A program made the translations under genes and the position numbers. A stretch of 34,075 nt of DNA, taken from positions 85,882 to 119,956 of the IMG/VR virus record IMGVR_UViG_3300048929_000179; one strand, given 5' to 3'. Of the stretch, positions 1-9,011 are shown one piece after another. Positions within the stretch are counted from its first letter, which is position 1. Every line of letters starts with the position of its first letter. The notes under the pieces were generated by a model that made no database searches, was not told the DNA's origin, and worked only from the letters and a program-made list of their open reading frames with translations. The stretch comes from a virus.

Positions 1-345
1 AGGCTCGAGAGAATAATCAAATATGCAAGAGACGATAAACCAACGTTCAATTTAAAACAGAGAAGTCAGAATACAAGAATTTATGATAAATCGTATACAT
101 ATGATCTATATATTTACATTGACAAGGGAGAATACGTTGTTGAATTACCTGATTTAGTTGGATATAACATCCAGGAAGATGATTGCTATTTTGAAGTAAG
201 AGAAAAGTTAGTTTATTTTAATGCAAGTTCTTGTGAATCTACTCTTCCGGGCGACAATAATTGTACGAAATATGAATTTATAATTGATTATATGGACGAT
301 AGATACATAGTCAATCGCAAATATAAATTTAAAAAAATGTATTAA
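1..345 (+). CDS. Hypothetical protein, 5'-truncated by the window edge
   Basis: Frame 1 is open from base 1 (RLERIIKY...) to TAA at 343-345. Confidence 0.7.
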   Translation, partial: RLERIIKYARDDKPTFNLKQRSQNTRIYDKSYTYDLYIYIDKGEYVVELPDLVGYNIQEDDCYFEVREKLVYFNASSCESTLPGDNNCTKYEFIIDYMDDRYIVNRKYKFKKMY

Positions 346-356
346 TCGGATAATAA

Positions 357-386
357 AAGCAAGTAAAATCTGACTTTGACAGGGAG
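357..386. repeat. 11-8-11 junction site 1
   Basis: AAGCAAGTAAA-ATCTGACT-TTGACAGGGAG. Confidence 0.7.
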
Positions 387-393
387 CGAAAAA

Positions 394-756
394 ATGCAAG
401 GAGCATGTAGTAATCAGGTCGTAAAATGCGTTATTTATACAAACGACGCAGAAGCAGGAGTTAAAAAGTTACTGGAAATTGAAACCGAAAAGAATACAAA
501 TGGAATTAAAACTACAAGAAAAATAATTTGTGAAAATTATAGTGAGATTGATTTTGACGATGAAGAAGAATGGATCGTACTTAAGGCGAGCGACACAGCG
601 AGAGGATATCGCTGGAGGAAGGCATGGGTGGATATTGACACATCTATTAGAGTGCTAGAGCGAATAATCAAACCTTCAGGTATGCTATATCAATGGGAAG
701 AAGAAAAATATTTCGATGGGAGGGTTTTAAATGAGCAATACCAAAAATATTCATGA
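394..756 (+). CDS. Hypothetical phage protein
   Basis: ORF track 376..756; ATG 394 has an AGGGAG RBS, whereas TTG 376 lies inside the repeat site. Confidence 0.7.
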   Translation: MQGACSNQVVKCVIYTNDAEAGVKKLLEIETEKNTNGIKTTRKIICENYSEIDFDDEEEWIVLKASDTARGYRWRKAWVDIDTSIRVLERIIKPSGMLYQWEEEKYFDGRVLNEQYQKYS

Positions 757-916
757 TGCATTTATTAATTGTGGTTTCACTGAGCAAGAAGCAGAGAAGC
801 TCGTTGAGTTCTCAAAAATGAATACCAATGACATTGGGGACGTTACAGTTAAAGAAGCCGTTGAGTGCTTAGAAAGAGAAATGAAGAAATATGGAGGATT
901 TAATGATGTTCGATGA
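731..916 (+). CDS. Small hypothetical protein
   Basis: 61-aa ORF with a GGAGGG RBS, overlapping its neighbours. Confidence 0.6.
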   Translation: MSNTKNIHDAFINCGFTEQEAEKLVEFSKMNTNDIGDVTVKEAVECLEREMKKYGGFNDVR

Positions 917-1163
917 CTCAATAATTAAAGAAAAAAGACCGGATTTAATTATGCTGAATAGGAATAGTGATGGTACATATGAAGTTAGATATTCTGGAAT
1001 AGCATATGTAAATAGTGAAAACATTATAAAAAGCGGGGAACTAATTATCCCAAGATGTAAAATTAAGTGGGATGATAAATTATTTATCCCATGGGCTGGA
1101 ATGGAAGAAATACTTATCAGCGATGATGGTAAAAATGAACTATTAAGAATCATAGAGGCTTAA
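903..1163 (+). CDS. Hypothetical protein
   Basis: GGAGG RBS before ATG 903. Confidence 0.65.
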   Translation: MMFDDSIIKEKRPDLIMLNRNSDGTYEVRYSGIAYVNSENIIKSGELIIPRCKIKWDDKLFIPWAGMEEILISDDGKNELLRIIEA

Positions 1164-1186
1164 TCAAATTGGCATTTTACAGTGAA
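1157..1186. repeat. 11-8-11 junction site 2
   Basis: GGCTTAATCAA-ATTGGCAT-TTTACAGTGAA; upstream stop TAA is in the left arm. Confidence 0.7.
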
Positions 1187-1200
1187 AAGTGAGGTGAAAC

Positions 1201-1479
1201 ATGAGGGCAATATTATATATCTATCTTGTAGTTACATTTTTAAACTGGATTTTATTTTGGCTGAATATGAATGTGGCTATAAATAAATGTAAATCTATGT
1301 TAACAAAAGAACAGTTAGAAGACTATAAAAATCGTAAAAGAAACTTGGCTTCAGATATTCTTTTGGGAATAAAGTCTTTAGCGATTTCGGCGGTGCCGAT
1401 AGTTAATGTATTCTTGTTATTTTGCTATTTATTTAGAAATGACTTTTTTGAGTACAAAATTGATAGTGATGTAAAGTAG
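1201..1479 (+). CDS. Small membrane protein (two hydrophobic segments)
   Basis: GAGGTGA RBS; hydrophobic N-terminal and C-terminal stretches. Confidence 0.7.
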   Translation: MRAILYIYLVVTFLNWILFWLNMNVAINKCKSMLTKEQLEDYKNRKRNLASDILLGIKSLAISAVPIVNVFLLFCYLFRNDFFEYKIDSDVK

Positions 1480-1782
1480 GTGAAGAAGGTGGTTGAGGTA
1501 ACGAGACACGCCGAAGAACGTTTAATTGAACGCTGTGGACTAAACAAGAAATCAGTACAGAGAATGTCCGACAAGGCTTTCAACGACGGGATTCGGCATG
1601 GTCAAACAAAGGGGAATTTGAAGAAATGGGTGGACGGATTATATTTTACGAATAAAACCGCCAACAATATCCGGTTATATGGTGACAAGGCATTTATATT
1701 TATGAATGAGAGATTGGTCACAGTGATTCAGATTCCAAGTAACTTGCGTAACGATATGAAAGTATTATTAAAACAAAAATAA
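1480..1782 (+). CDS. Hypothetical protein, possible DUF4258/RelE-like (BECR) fold
   Basis: N-terminal VTRHAEERLIER motif and C-terminal LVTV strand are typical of such small RNase-fold proteins; fold is inference. Confidence 0.5.
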   Translation: MKKVVEVTRHAEERLIERCGLNKKSVQRMSDKAFNDGIRHGQTKGNLKKWVDGLYFTNKTANNIRLYGDKAFIFMNERLVTVIQIPSNLRNDMKVLLKQK

Positions 1783-1809
1783 ATCAAAAATGAAAAGGAG
1801 AAATTACAT

Positions 1810-2076
1810 ATGGTAGTAACAGTAAAAAGTCCCTATAAGACAATCGAGGTTGAATCAGCAGAAGGAACATTGAGAATTGACGAAGGAATGAAGATTGTAT
1901 TTGCCACAGAAGCAGGAGAAAAAGTTAGCGGAACTCTAAACAAAATCAGCGGTAAGGGCAAAAAGGTTAAACTGCAAATTTCACCGTACGGATCAGAAAA
2001 AGAAGAAATTTGGGAATTAGCTGTAATGACTGAAACGAGTTTACATATCGACCATGAAGATGAGGAACTGGAATAA
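1810..2076 (+). CDS. Hypothetical protein
   Basis: AAGGAG RBS; 88 aa with an acidic tail. Confidence 0.7.
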   Translation: MVVTVKSPYKTIEVESAEGTLRIDEGMKIVFATEAGEKVSGTLNKISGKGKKVKLQISPYGSEKEEIWELAVMTETSLHIDHEDEELE

Positions 2077-2078
2077 AG

Positions 2079-2108
2079 GAGCCTATAAAAGATTCCTTTG
2101 ACCGAGAG
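2079..2108. repeat. 11-8-11 junction site 3
   Basis: GAGCCTATAAA-AGATTCCT-TTGACCGAGAG. Confidence 0.7.
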
Positions 2109-2114
2109 GCAATA

Positions 2115-2426
2115 ATGATAATAAAGAAAATATGGGAGGCAATATTAGAAATGGATAAATCGATGGGTCTTGTTAATAAAGCATATTGTGAACATCTTCC
2201 AGACACTGGCTGCAATATACCAATGCCTGAGAATGTGGTTGTGCCAAGGTACACAGATAAAATCTGTGAGAATTGTATTAAAGAAGATGTGTGCGCCTAT
2301 AAAGAAGAATGTACTCAGGCAGTAAAAGATATTCTTGAAATTGAAGGACGTGAAAACGTATTTGTTATCACAGAAATAAAGTGCAGGAAGTGGGTTTGTA
2401 AACCAATGGCTTCAAATACGAGATAA
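2115..2426 (+). CDS. Cys-rich hypothetical protein
   Basis: GAGG RBS; CENC...C...C cluster. Confidence 0.65.
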   Translation: MIIKKIWEAILEMDKSMGLVNKAYCEHLPDTGCNIPMPENVVVPRYTDKICENCIKEDVCAYKEECTQAVKDILEIEGRENVFVITEIKCRKWVCKPMASNTR

Positions 2427-2438
2427 AGGAGTGACATT

Positions 2439-2996
2439 ATGGAATCAAACATATGGTTGACGATAAATTTAATAATAGTGGCTTTGTCGGGATTGTGTTG
2501 TTTTGCTGGGATTGTAGCTCTTCCATTTGCTATATTATTCTCCGACTCCACCGAAAATCCAGATGGAGAAATTGAGTGGGCTTTACGTTTTATTATATGG
2601 TCATTCGTAGTTTGCATGTTATCTCTAGGAATGAATATTTTTGGAGAATGGAAAGTGAGCAAATTGCAATGGAATGTACCAGAAACTCCAAGTGCAGTAG
2701 AACATATCGTGTCGTTGAATGATAATAATCTTGTAAATGGGCGTTTTTACATGAGAAGAGGATACATAGATGAAAATTTATATTATCAATATATGGTCAA
2801 AACTTCTGATAATGGTATGGTTCCAAATAAGATTTCAGCACAGAATGCAACTATATACTACGATGAAGTAGACCCAAGAATTGAATGGTATAAATCAGAA
2901 AAACAATGGTTGTATTTTAAGGAGACTGAAACTAGGTTTAAAATATTTGTTCCTAGTGGAAGTGTAACTGAAGGTTATGATGTGGATCTGAAATAG
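2439..2996 (+). CDS. Membrane-anchored hypothetical protein
   Basis: AGGAG RBS; two N-terminal TM-like segments followed by a soluble domain. Confidence 0.75.
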   Translation: MESNIWLTINLIIVALSGLCCFAGIVALPFAILFSDSTENPDGEIEWALRFIIWSFVVCMLSLGMNIFGEWKVSKLQWNVPETPSAVEHIVSLNDNNLVNGRFYMRRGYIDENLYYQYMVKTSDNGMVPNKISAQNATIYYDEVDPRIEWYKSEKQWLYFKETETRFKIFVPSGSVTEGYDVDLK

Positions 2997-3023
2997 CCCA
3001 CAAAACATTTATTTTACATGGAG
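2994..3023. repeat. 11-8-11 junction site 4
   Basis: TAGCCCACAAA-ACATTTAT-TTTACATGGAG; begins at the upstream stop TAG. Confidence 0.55.
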
Positions 3024-3028
3024 GTGTC

Positions 3029-3256
3029 ATGACAGGACAGATAATTTTTAGAAAAACAAATCAAAAATCAAAGAGTGGGAAAGACGTATATATGGTAATT
3101 GGAGTCATTGGGCTTGACGATTCTGATGAGTATGAAGATGGAATTAAATATGATATTCTTGATATTTGTGCCAATAATCCAGAAGATGTGAGTGCCATAT
3201 GCGGAGATTTATCACCGGAAGAGCTATTAGAAGAAAAAATTTGGAGGGTAAAATAA
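3029..3256 (+). CDS. Small acidic hypothetical protein
   Basis: GGAGGTG RBS. Confidence 0.65.
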   Translation: MTGQIIFRKTNQKSKSGKDVYMVIGVIGLDDSDEYEDGIKYDILDICANNPEDVSAICGDLSPEELLEEKIWRVK

Positions 3257-3423
3257 TGGATGGAAGAAATAATAAAATTACCGTTGGATCTAGTAGTATC
3301 GGATTTGGTTGCGCTTTAGCAATCTGTATCTCGTGGACATCGTGGCATAGCATATGGTGGGCAATATTACATGGTTGTCTGAGTTGGATTTATGTAATTT
3401 ACTATGCGATTAATTACATGTAA
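3256..3423 (+). CDS. Small Trp-rich membrane protein
   Basis: GGAGG RBS, TAATG overlap; LAICISWTSWHSIWWAILHGCLSWIYVIYY. Confidence 0.7.
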   Translation: MDGRNNKITVGSSSIGFGCALAICISWTSWHSIWWAILHGCLSWIYVIYYAINYM

Positions 3424-3443
3424 AATGCTCATTTGAAAGGAGA
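3414..3443. repeat. 11-8-11 junction site 5
   Basis: TTACATGTAAA-ATGCTCAT-TTGAAAGGAGA; more degenerate. Confidence 0.5.
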
Positions 3444-3449
3444 AACACA

Positions 3450-3608
3450 ATGACAAGAGAACAAAAAATTGCGTTCCTATTATCAGGAGAAAAGGAACTT
3501 GGCAAGACATACGGGATTAACTACACAGATATATTTGGAGATTTTTCAACTGTTCCAGACGAAAAGTTAAATGATATGGTGGAAGAATTAGATTGGTTGT
3601 GGAAATAA
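3450..3608 (+). CDS. Small hypothetical protein (52 aa, not in the ORF track)
   Basis: AAGGAG RBS; MTREQKIAFLL...ELDWLWK*. Confidence 0.65.
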   Translation: MTREQKIAFLLSGEKELGKTYGINYTDIFGDFSTVPDEKLNDMVEELDWLWK

Positions 3609-3623
3609 TCAGAGGAGGATTAA

Positions 3624-3848
3624 ATGCAGAAACAGATTTGTGATATTTGCAAAATAAGAGATGCTACCAAAAAATTTAAAGTAAAAAGATCAACAAGATT
3701 CCTGAATCAAATTGCTAAGAATTATTTTAAATTTAGTTCTTGGAGTGGCTGGGAAAATATTGATATTTGTGATGAATGTGGTGAAAAATTATTTTATGTT
3801 GCTAAAAATAAGGGGAGTCATGAATCGACTGAGAAGGGAATTAAATAA
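3624..3848 (+). CDS. Zn-ribbon hypothetical protein
   Basis: CDIC...CDEC; GAGGAGG RBS. Confidence 0.7.
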   Translation: MQKQICDICKIRDATKKFKVKRSTRFLNQIAKNYFKFSSWSGWENIDICDECGEKLFYVAKNKGSHESTEKGIK

Positions 3849-3972
3849 TAAAGGTAAAAAAGAAGCAATTGACTGGTATCTGAACATTAATCCAAAGAGT
3901 AGATGTAGGAGAAAAATAACAATTTATAGGGAAATCTTGAGGCGATGTAGTGAGGGAGAACATTATGATTGA
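3820..3972 (+). CDS. Small basic hypothetical protein
   Basis: AGGGGAG RBS before ATG 3820. Confidence 0.45.
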   Translation: MNRLRRELNNKGKKEAIDWYLNINPKSRCRRKITIYREILRRCSEGEHYD

Positions 3973-4315
3973 TTGTTTTAATGGAAAATATGCATTTTTA
4001 AGTAATTTTTATGATAGTCCAATTGTTTATAATGGGTTGAGATATTCAAACAATGAAACAGCTTTTCAGGCACAGAAAACATTAGATGAAAATATCAAGA
4101 AGGAATTTACATTATTGCCACCTAATTTAGCAAAGCGTAAGGGTAGAAAAATATCATTAAGGCCCGATTGGGAAGAGGTTAAAGATTCTATAATGTATGA
4201 AATTTGCTTAGAAAAATTTGTGTACTCAGAAAATGTAAATCTATTTAAATTATTGCAGGATACGGAAGACGAAGAAATTATCGAGGGTAATTATTGGCAC
4301 GATAATTATTGGTGA
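3965..4315 (+). pseudogene. NADAR (YbiA-like) family protein, C-terminally truncated
   Basis: FLSNFY, ETAFQAQK, AKRKGR, RPDWE and EGNYWHDNYW motifs; stops at TGA where the conserved WG glycine is expected, and the usual N-x-LG-x-x-LM helix is missing. Confidence 0.75.
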
Positions 4316-4451
4316 ATTTGTGCGCTGCGATAGTCAGAAAATAAACTTCACATAGAGTTGTTTTATGTACCAGTCGGAGACGGCTGTTGTTTATAGAGTC
4401 ACTTTATTATAGGAGCAACAAAAATATTAACATATGGAGGAAACAAATTAT

Positions 4452-5669
4452 ATGAATTTTGAAATGGTAGGAAGAATCTCATTATCCAAGGAAAGCGAAA
4501 AGTTCAAGCCATGGAGTGAAACAAAATACGAATCCGGTTGGGCTAAGAGAAGAATTATGTTCAACACTACATGCGGAGATAACAGACACTTATTAACTGT
4601 TGATGCAGGAGCTTTCGCAGATGGTCATGGTGATGTCTATACATTTACTAAAGGCTCGGTTGATGAGAGTGGTAAAAAGACAAAAGGCGAATCTTTAAAG
4701 ATCCCATTCAAAGATAGACTTACATCAAATAGGCTGGCAGAAGTAGCGGAATTTAAGAAGTTTGTATTCGACTTAGAGAAACCGAACAGAAGATACAAAC
4801 TTGAAAAGGCTGTAGAAAAAGTTAAAGAGGGGACTTCTCTCACTGATGAAGAATTGAAGGAACTCGGAATTCAGAGCGAAGCTGAGTTAAATGACGCTTT
4901 AGAAAAGAGTAAAAAGAGACGGCATGAATTTATTTCAGAATGGGACTTTGCTGAATTCATCAAGAAAGTAATTGATAGTGAAAAGTATAAGGATAAGAAG
5001 TTTTTCATCAAGGGTAATGGTAATTATACATATTCAGAAAACAAGGAAAAAGTTTATGAGAACTATTATCCGAACCGGATTTACTTAGCTACCGATGATG
5101 CAGAAGAATATTCAACTGCAACATTTAACATTCTGTACAATAAGGATAGTTTTGATGATCTGAGTGTTGAAGAAAAAGGCAAATATTATGTAAATGGATT
5201 CATGATGGAATATGAAAACAATCGTAAATTAAATATTCCTTGCCCAGTGACTATTTCAATTCCTGTTTCTCCAAGTGATGCTAATGAGAAAGACAAGAAG
5301 AGATCTGAGTCAATCAAGAGAAAATTCATTGTTGAAGACGACACATGGAAAGAGTATGGAGTAATTGTTTCTATGTTAAATGGCGCACAGAAAACAGAGA
5401 TTACAGAAGATATGCTTACCGATGAACAGAAAGATGACTTGGAGTGTGGACTTATTACTATTGAAGATATTCGTGCAGAACTTGGCGGGAATGTTTATGG
5501 AGACAGAATCCAGGAGTACCAGTTCATCAAGCCAGCGAAGGGATTTACTAAGGGAAGAAACGATTCCATTTATACAGACGATGATATGGTAATTAAACCA
5601 ATCGAAAAAGAATTGCCAGAAGGCACAGAAGATCTTTTTGAAGACGACGACGAAGGTGATGATCTGTAA
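4452..5669 (+). CDS. Putative phage ssDNA-binding protein (SPbeta YorF-like position)
   Basis: Acidic C-terminal tail (EDLFEDDDEGDDL); first gene of the replication block; GGAGG RBS before ATG 4452. Function is inference. Confidence 0.55.
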   Translation: MNFEMVGRISLSKESEKFKPWSETKYESGWAKRRIMFNTTCGDNRHLLTVDAGAFADGHGDVYTFTKGSVDESGKKTKGESLKIPFKDRLTSNRLAEVAEFKKFVFDLEKPNRRYKLEKAVEKVKEGTSLTDEELKELGIQSEAELNDALEKSKKRRHEFISEWDFAEFIKKVIDSEKYKDKKFFIKGNGNYTYSENKEKVYENYYPNRIYLATDDAEEYSTATFNILYNKDSFDDLSVEEKGKYYVNGFMMEYENNRKLNIPCPVTISIPVSPSDANEKDKKRSESIKRKFIVEDDTWKEYGVIVSMLNGAQKTEITEDMLTDEQKDDLECGLITIEDIRAELGGNVYGDRIQEYQFIKPAKGFTKGRNDSIYTDDDMVIKPIEKELPEGTEDLFEDDDEGDDL

Positions 5670-5732
5670 TATTTAAAACAATAATATAACCATGTCGTGC
5701 AATTAATTAAAGAATAAAAGGAGCAATATATA

Positions 5733-6887
5733 ATGAAAAAACCACAGGTAAATACAATCAATACAGATATTAAAAACTTGTCTATCTATTTACGTTCAAC
5801 TAAAAAATTTGGTAAAACAACACTTTTCAGAGATATGATTTTAGAGAAGTACGGAGATCCAACGAGAGGACTTTTGGTAGGTTGTGGCAATGAAATTGGG
5901 TATAAGATGTTGGATAACTTGAATGTTGTTCAGATCAGTACATATAAGGATATGGTTGAGTTAAAGGATTGGCTAATTAGTACAAAAGGGAAAGAGCATA
6001 ATATTGAGATTGTTGCTTTTGATACAGGAGATGAGTTAGCTCTTATCGCTGATAAGGAAACAATTAGACAGAGTAACTTGGAGAACCCGAATAAAAAATG
6101 TAAATCTGTTAAAGCAGCTATGGGTGGATATACAGCAGGAGAAAAATACTCTGCTAACGACATCATTAAGCCGTTTATGTCCGAGTTACAGTTAGCGGGG
6201 TTTGGAACATGGGTAATTGCACATACGAAATTTAAGCAAATCAAAGAAAAGGGTGGTTTAGAGGAAGACGGATATATGCAGCTTACATCTAACTTAGGTT
6301 CCGATTATGAGGCAGCATTTGGAGATATTTTTGATGTTACTTTAACCGGAGTTATTGACAGAGATTTTGAGGAGAAGAAGGTCGGAGATAAAGTTAAAAA
6401 GTATTCAACTGGCACTATTAGAAAACTTTACTTCCGTGGTACTCCAATCATTGATGCAGGTGGAAGATTTGCTGATGACGCAGTACCAGAATACATGGTA
6501 TTTGATAAACCCAATATGGCTCATGAATTCATTAAAATTGTCGAAGATGGAATGGAAAAATCTAAAACCCTATTAAATGGGAAGAAATCAAAAGTGTCAG
6601 AAAAAGTAAATAAAAAGAAAGAGGAGAAAGTTGAGGAAGAAACAGCTCCATTTGAGGAAGAAAATTTAGACATTGACGACGACATTGTGGAAAATGATAC
6701 CGATGCTAATACCGAAGAAACTGAATCAGATTATCCAGAAGATTTAATCGGAACCATTAGAACAATGTTTAAAGAATGTTCTGATCCATCTACCAAATCA
6801 AAAGTAAAAGAAGTGATTTCTGAACACGGAAAACTTAACGATGTTCCTGAGTCTGATTTAAAGAAAATTTATGATACATTGAAATAG
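5733..6887 (+). CDS. AAA_24/Sak4-like P-loop ATPase (YorG-like)
   Basis: Walker A variant STKKFGKTT, Walker B VAFDT, WVIAH motif; acidic linker. Confidence 0.75.
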   Translation: MKKPQVNTINTDIKNLSIYLRSTKKFGKTTLFRDMILEKYGDPTRGLLVGCGNEIGYKMLDNLNVVQISTYKDMVELKDWLISTKGKEHNIEIVAFDTGDELALIADKETIRQSNLENPNKKCKSVKAAMGGYTAGEKYSANDIIKPFMSELQLAGFGTWVIAHTKFKQIKEKGGLEEDGYMQLTSNLGSDYEAAFGDIFDVTLTGVIDRDFEEKKVGDKVKKYSTGTIRKLYFRGTPIIDAGGRFADDAVPEYMVFDKPNMAHEFIKIVEDGMEKSKTLLNGKKSKVSEKVNKKKEEKVEEETAPFEEENLDIDDDIVENDTDANTEETESDYPEDLIGTIRTMFKECSDPSTKSKVKEVISEHGKLNDVPESDLKKIYDTLK

Positions 6888-6937
6888 GTGAACGAGAGGG
6901 ACTTCCCTCTCCTCTCCTATAAAAGAGAGGTAATCGC

Positions 6938-7423
6938 ATGTTGGTTAAATGCCGTATTTGCGGAAATAAAATTGATAGAGATACCGCATACAAGGTTAGA
7001 AATAAAAATGTAAATGAGTATTACTGTAGTCAAGATGAGTATTTAGAGAAACTAGAGAAGATTAAAGTTAAATACAATACATATGAAAAGTTGTTTGATA
7101 TTTTTGGGAGAAAAATCACCAATACCGCTTTATTTAAAGAGATTACGGAACTAGAAAATGTGTATGGATATGAAAAAATATACCAGTATTTGTGTGAAAA
7201 TGAAAGATATCTTTCTAACGTTTTAAGCAAAGATTTCAAAAGTGAATATGCTCAAATCAGATATTTTTCAGCCATTCTTAAGAACAGTTTAGCAGATTTT
7301 AAAATTGAAAGTAAACAACCAGAAAAAAGGATTGAAATAGATATGCCAACAGTGAAATACACTCAAAGAAAAAAGCGCAAGTCATTACTTGAGATTGAAC
7401 AGGAAGTGGGTGAAGAATTATAG
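6938..7423 (+). CDS. Zn-finger replication-associated protein (YorH-like)
   Basis: CRIC...YYC at the N-terminus; directly upstream of the helicase. Confidence 0.6.
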   Translation: MLVKCRICGNKIDRDTAYKVRNKNVNEYYCSQDEYLEKLEKIKVKYNTYEKLFDIFGRKITNTALFKEITELENVYGYEKIYQYLCENERYLSNVLSKDFKSEYAQIRYFSAILKNSLADFKIESKQPEKRIEIDMPTVKYTQRKKRKSLLEIEQEVGEEL

Positions 7424-8973
7424 CTGAATATGTTACTGGAGTAAAAGATAAATATCCACCACAACTACTAAAAGGACGCATCGAGGCAGAGGGTAATGTG
7501 GTAAGCTGCTTCTTCAAAGACATGTTATTACTTGATGAAACCACGTTTGAGCAGAAAGATTTTATTTCAAGCGATGGATTGTTTTACTTTTCATTATTAA
7601 AGCAATTAAGAGCAAAAGGTTTTTATTCATTAGATGAAGTAACAATTCTCTCAAATATGTCGGAAGATGTGATTGAAAGGTATGATGCTATTGGTGGATG
7701 GGACGCCATACAACATCAAATTGATATTATTAACCTTCAGAATTTTGATACATATATAGATATTTTATATCGAGAAAACACTTTGATTAATATGTATGAT
7801 GATGGTTTTAATTTACTAAAAGAAATTGATGTAAATGGAAAGAGTATTATTCCGTTAAAATTGTTCCGTAAAATGTGCGCTGAAGAAGTCACAGATTGGT
7901 ACGAAGCCAGAATCACCTCATATGGAACAGGGTATTCAAGCAAAGTACTTGAAGAAGAGGAAATAGACTTTGATGATGAGTTTATAGAAAATTGTCAAGA
8001 TGGGCTTGAAAATGGAGTTCCATTTGATGTTGGAGGTTATGATATAAACGGGGAAGAAATTAATTGTTTTCCATTTCTTTCAAGACAGGTAAATGGGCTA
8101 TTACCTAAAACTTTAACTATGATTGGTGGATATTCCTCAACAGGAAAGTCTACGTGGCTTGTAACGATAATTATGGCACTTCTTAATTATGATAAAAAAG
8201 TGTTAATAATATCAAACGAAGAAAGTGTTAAAAAGTTTAAGATTAAATTTATGGTTTGGCTTCTTGCGAAAAGAAATCGTTATTTTAAATTAACAAAAAA
8301 GAAGATGATGAGTGGTGATCTGACGCAGGAAGATAGAAAGCAATTGTCGATAGTGCAAGAGTATTGGAGAAACAACTATAAAGGAAGAGTTAAATTCATT
8401 TCTATTGCAGATGCAAACATGTCTGTTGTTAAAAAGAAAATTAGAGAAAATGTTCTTAGATATGGATACGATACTGTTTTATATGACACTTTTAAATTAG
8501 ACTTTGATACTGTTGGTAATACAAGACAAGATCTATCTCTTATTCAAGATAGTAGAGATTTAGACTCAATTGGGAAAAAATATAATGTTATTATGTTGGC
8601 TTCTTTGCAACTTGCTATCCATACAATGGGTAAACTATTCCTTGATAGTTCAGTTCTTTCAAATAGCAAACAGATCAAAGAGGTACTTGAGGGGCTATAT
8701 CTTATGCGGAATGTGTATGATGAAGAATTAGATCCTGACAACAAAAAATATTACTGTCACCCATTTAGATTAAAAAAAGTTAATGACAAATGGATTGAAG
8801 AAGAATATCAGCCAGACAGAAACGCAGTATGGAGAATGCTGTTCTGTGATAAAGCTAGATCTGGAGCTAATTCGTCTGATAGCGGGGTTGCTTATTTGTT
8901 AAAGTTCGACGGTGATCACGCAATATTCAGAGAAACATGCATGGCACGCCCTAAACATGGTTCAATACTATAG
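7420..8973 (+). CDS. dnaB: DnaB-like replicative helicase, probable ATA start at 7420
   Basis: Walker A GYSSTGKST, ISNE, YDT and SLQL motifs. The frame stays open upstream of GTG 7498 through a DnaB-like N-terminal motif (IEAEGNVV) to ATA 7420, behind a GGGTGA SD. Confidence 0.85.
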   Translation: MAEYVTGVKDKYPPQLLKGRIEAEGNVVSCFFKDMLLLDETTFEQKDFISSDGLFYFSLLKQLRAKGFYSLDEVTILSNMSEDVIERYDAIGGWDAIQHQIDIINLQNFDTYIDILYRENTLINMYDDGFNLLKEIDVNGKSIIPLKLFRKMCAEEVTDWYEARITSYGTGYSSKVLEEEEIDFDDEFIENCQDGLENGVPFDVGGYDINGEEINCFPFLSRQVNGLLPKTLTMIGGYSSTGKSTWLVTIIMALLNYDKKVLIISNEESVKKFKIKFMVWLLAKRNRYFKLTKKKMMSGDLTQEDRKQLSIVQEYWRNNYKGRVKFISIADANMSVVKKKIRENVLRYGYDTVLYDTFKLDFDTVGNTRQDLSLIQDSRDLDSIGKKYNVIMLASLQLAIHTMGKLFLDSSVLSNSKQIKEVLEGLYLMRNVYDEELDPDNKKYYCHPFRLKKVNDKWIEEEYQPDRNAVWRMLFCDKARSGANSSDSGVAYLLKFDGDHAIFRETCMARPKHGSIL

Positions 8974-9011
8974 GAGGATATACAGTATGTAAACTTGTAG
9001 ATTTAACAGGA

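Noticed and set aside
4313-4315. Genome-wide TGA recoding
   Set aside because: TGA acts as a normal stop elsewhere (for example nrdD and gene 26217), long genes have no internal stops, and a TAG follows a few codons later.
4320-4433. GTGCG as a group II intron 5' end interrupting NADAR
   Set aside because: Only about 115 bp before the next gene, no domain V, no reverse transcriptase, and no downstream NADAR exon found.
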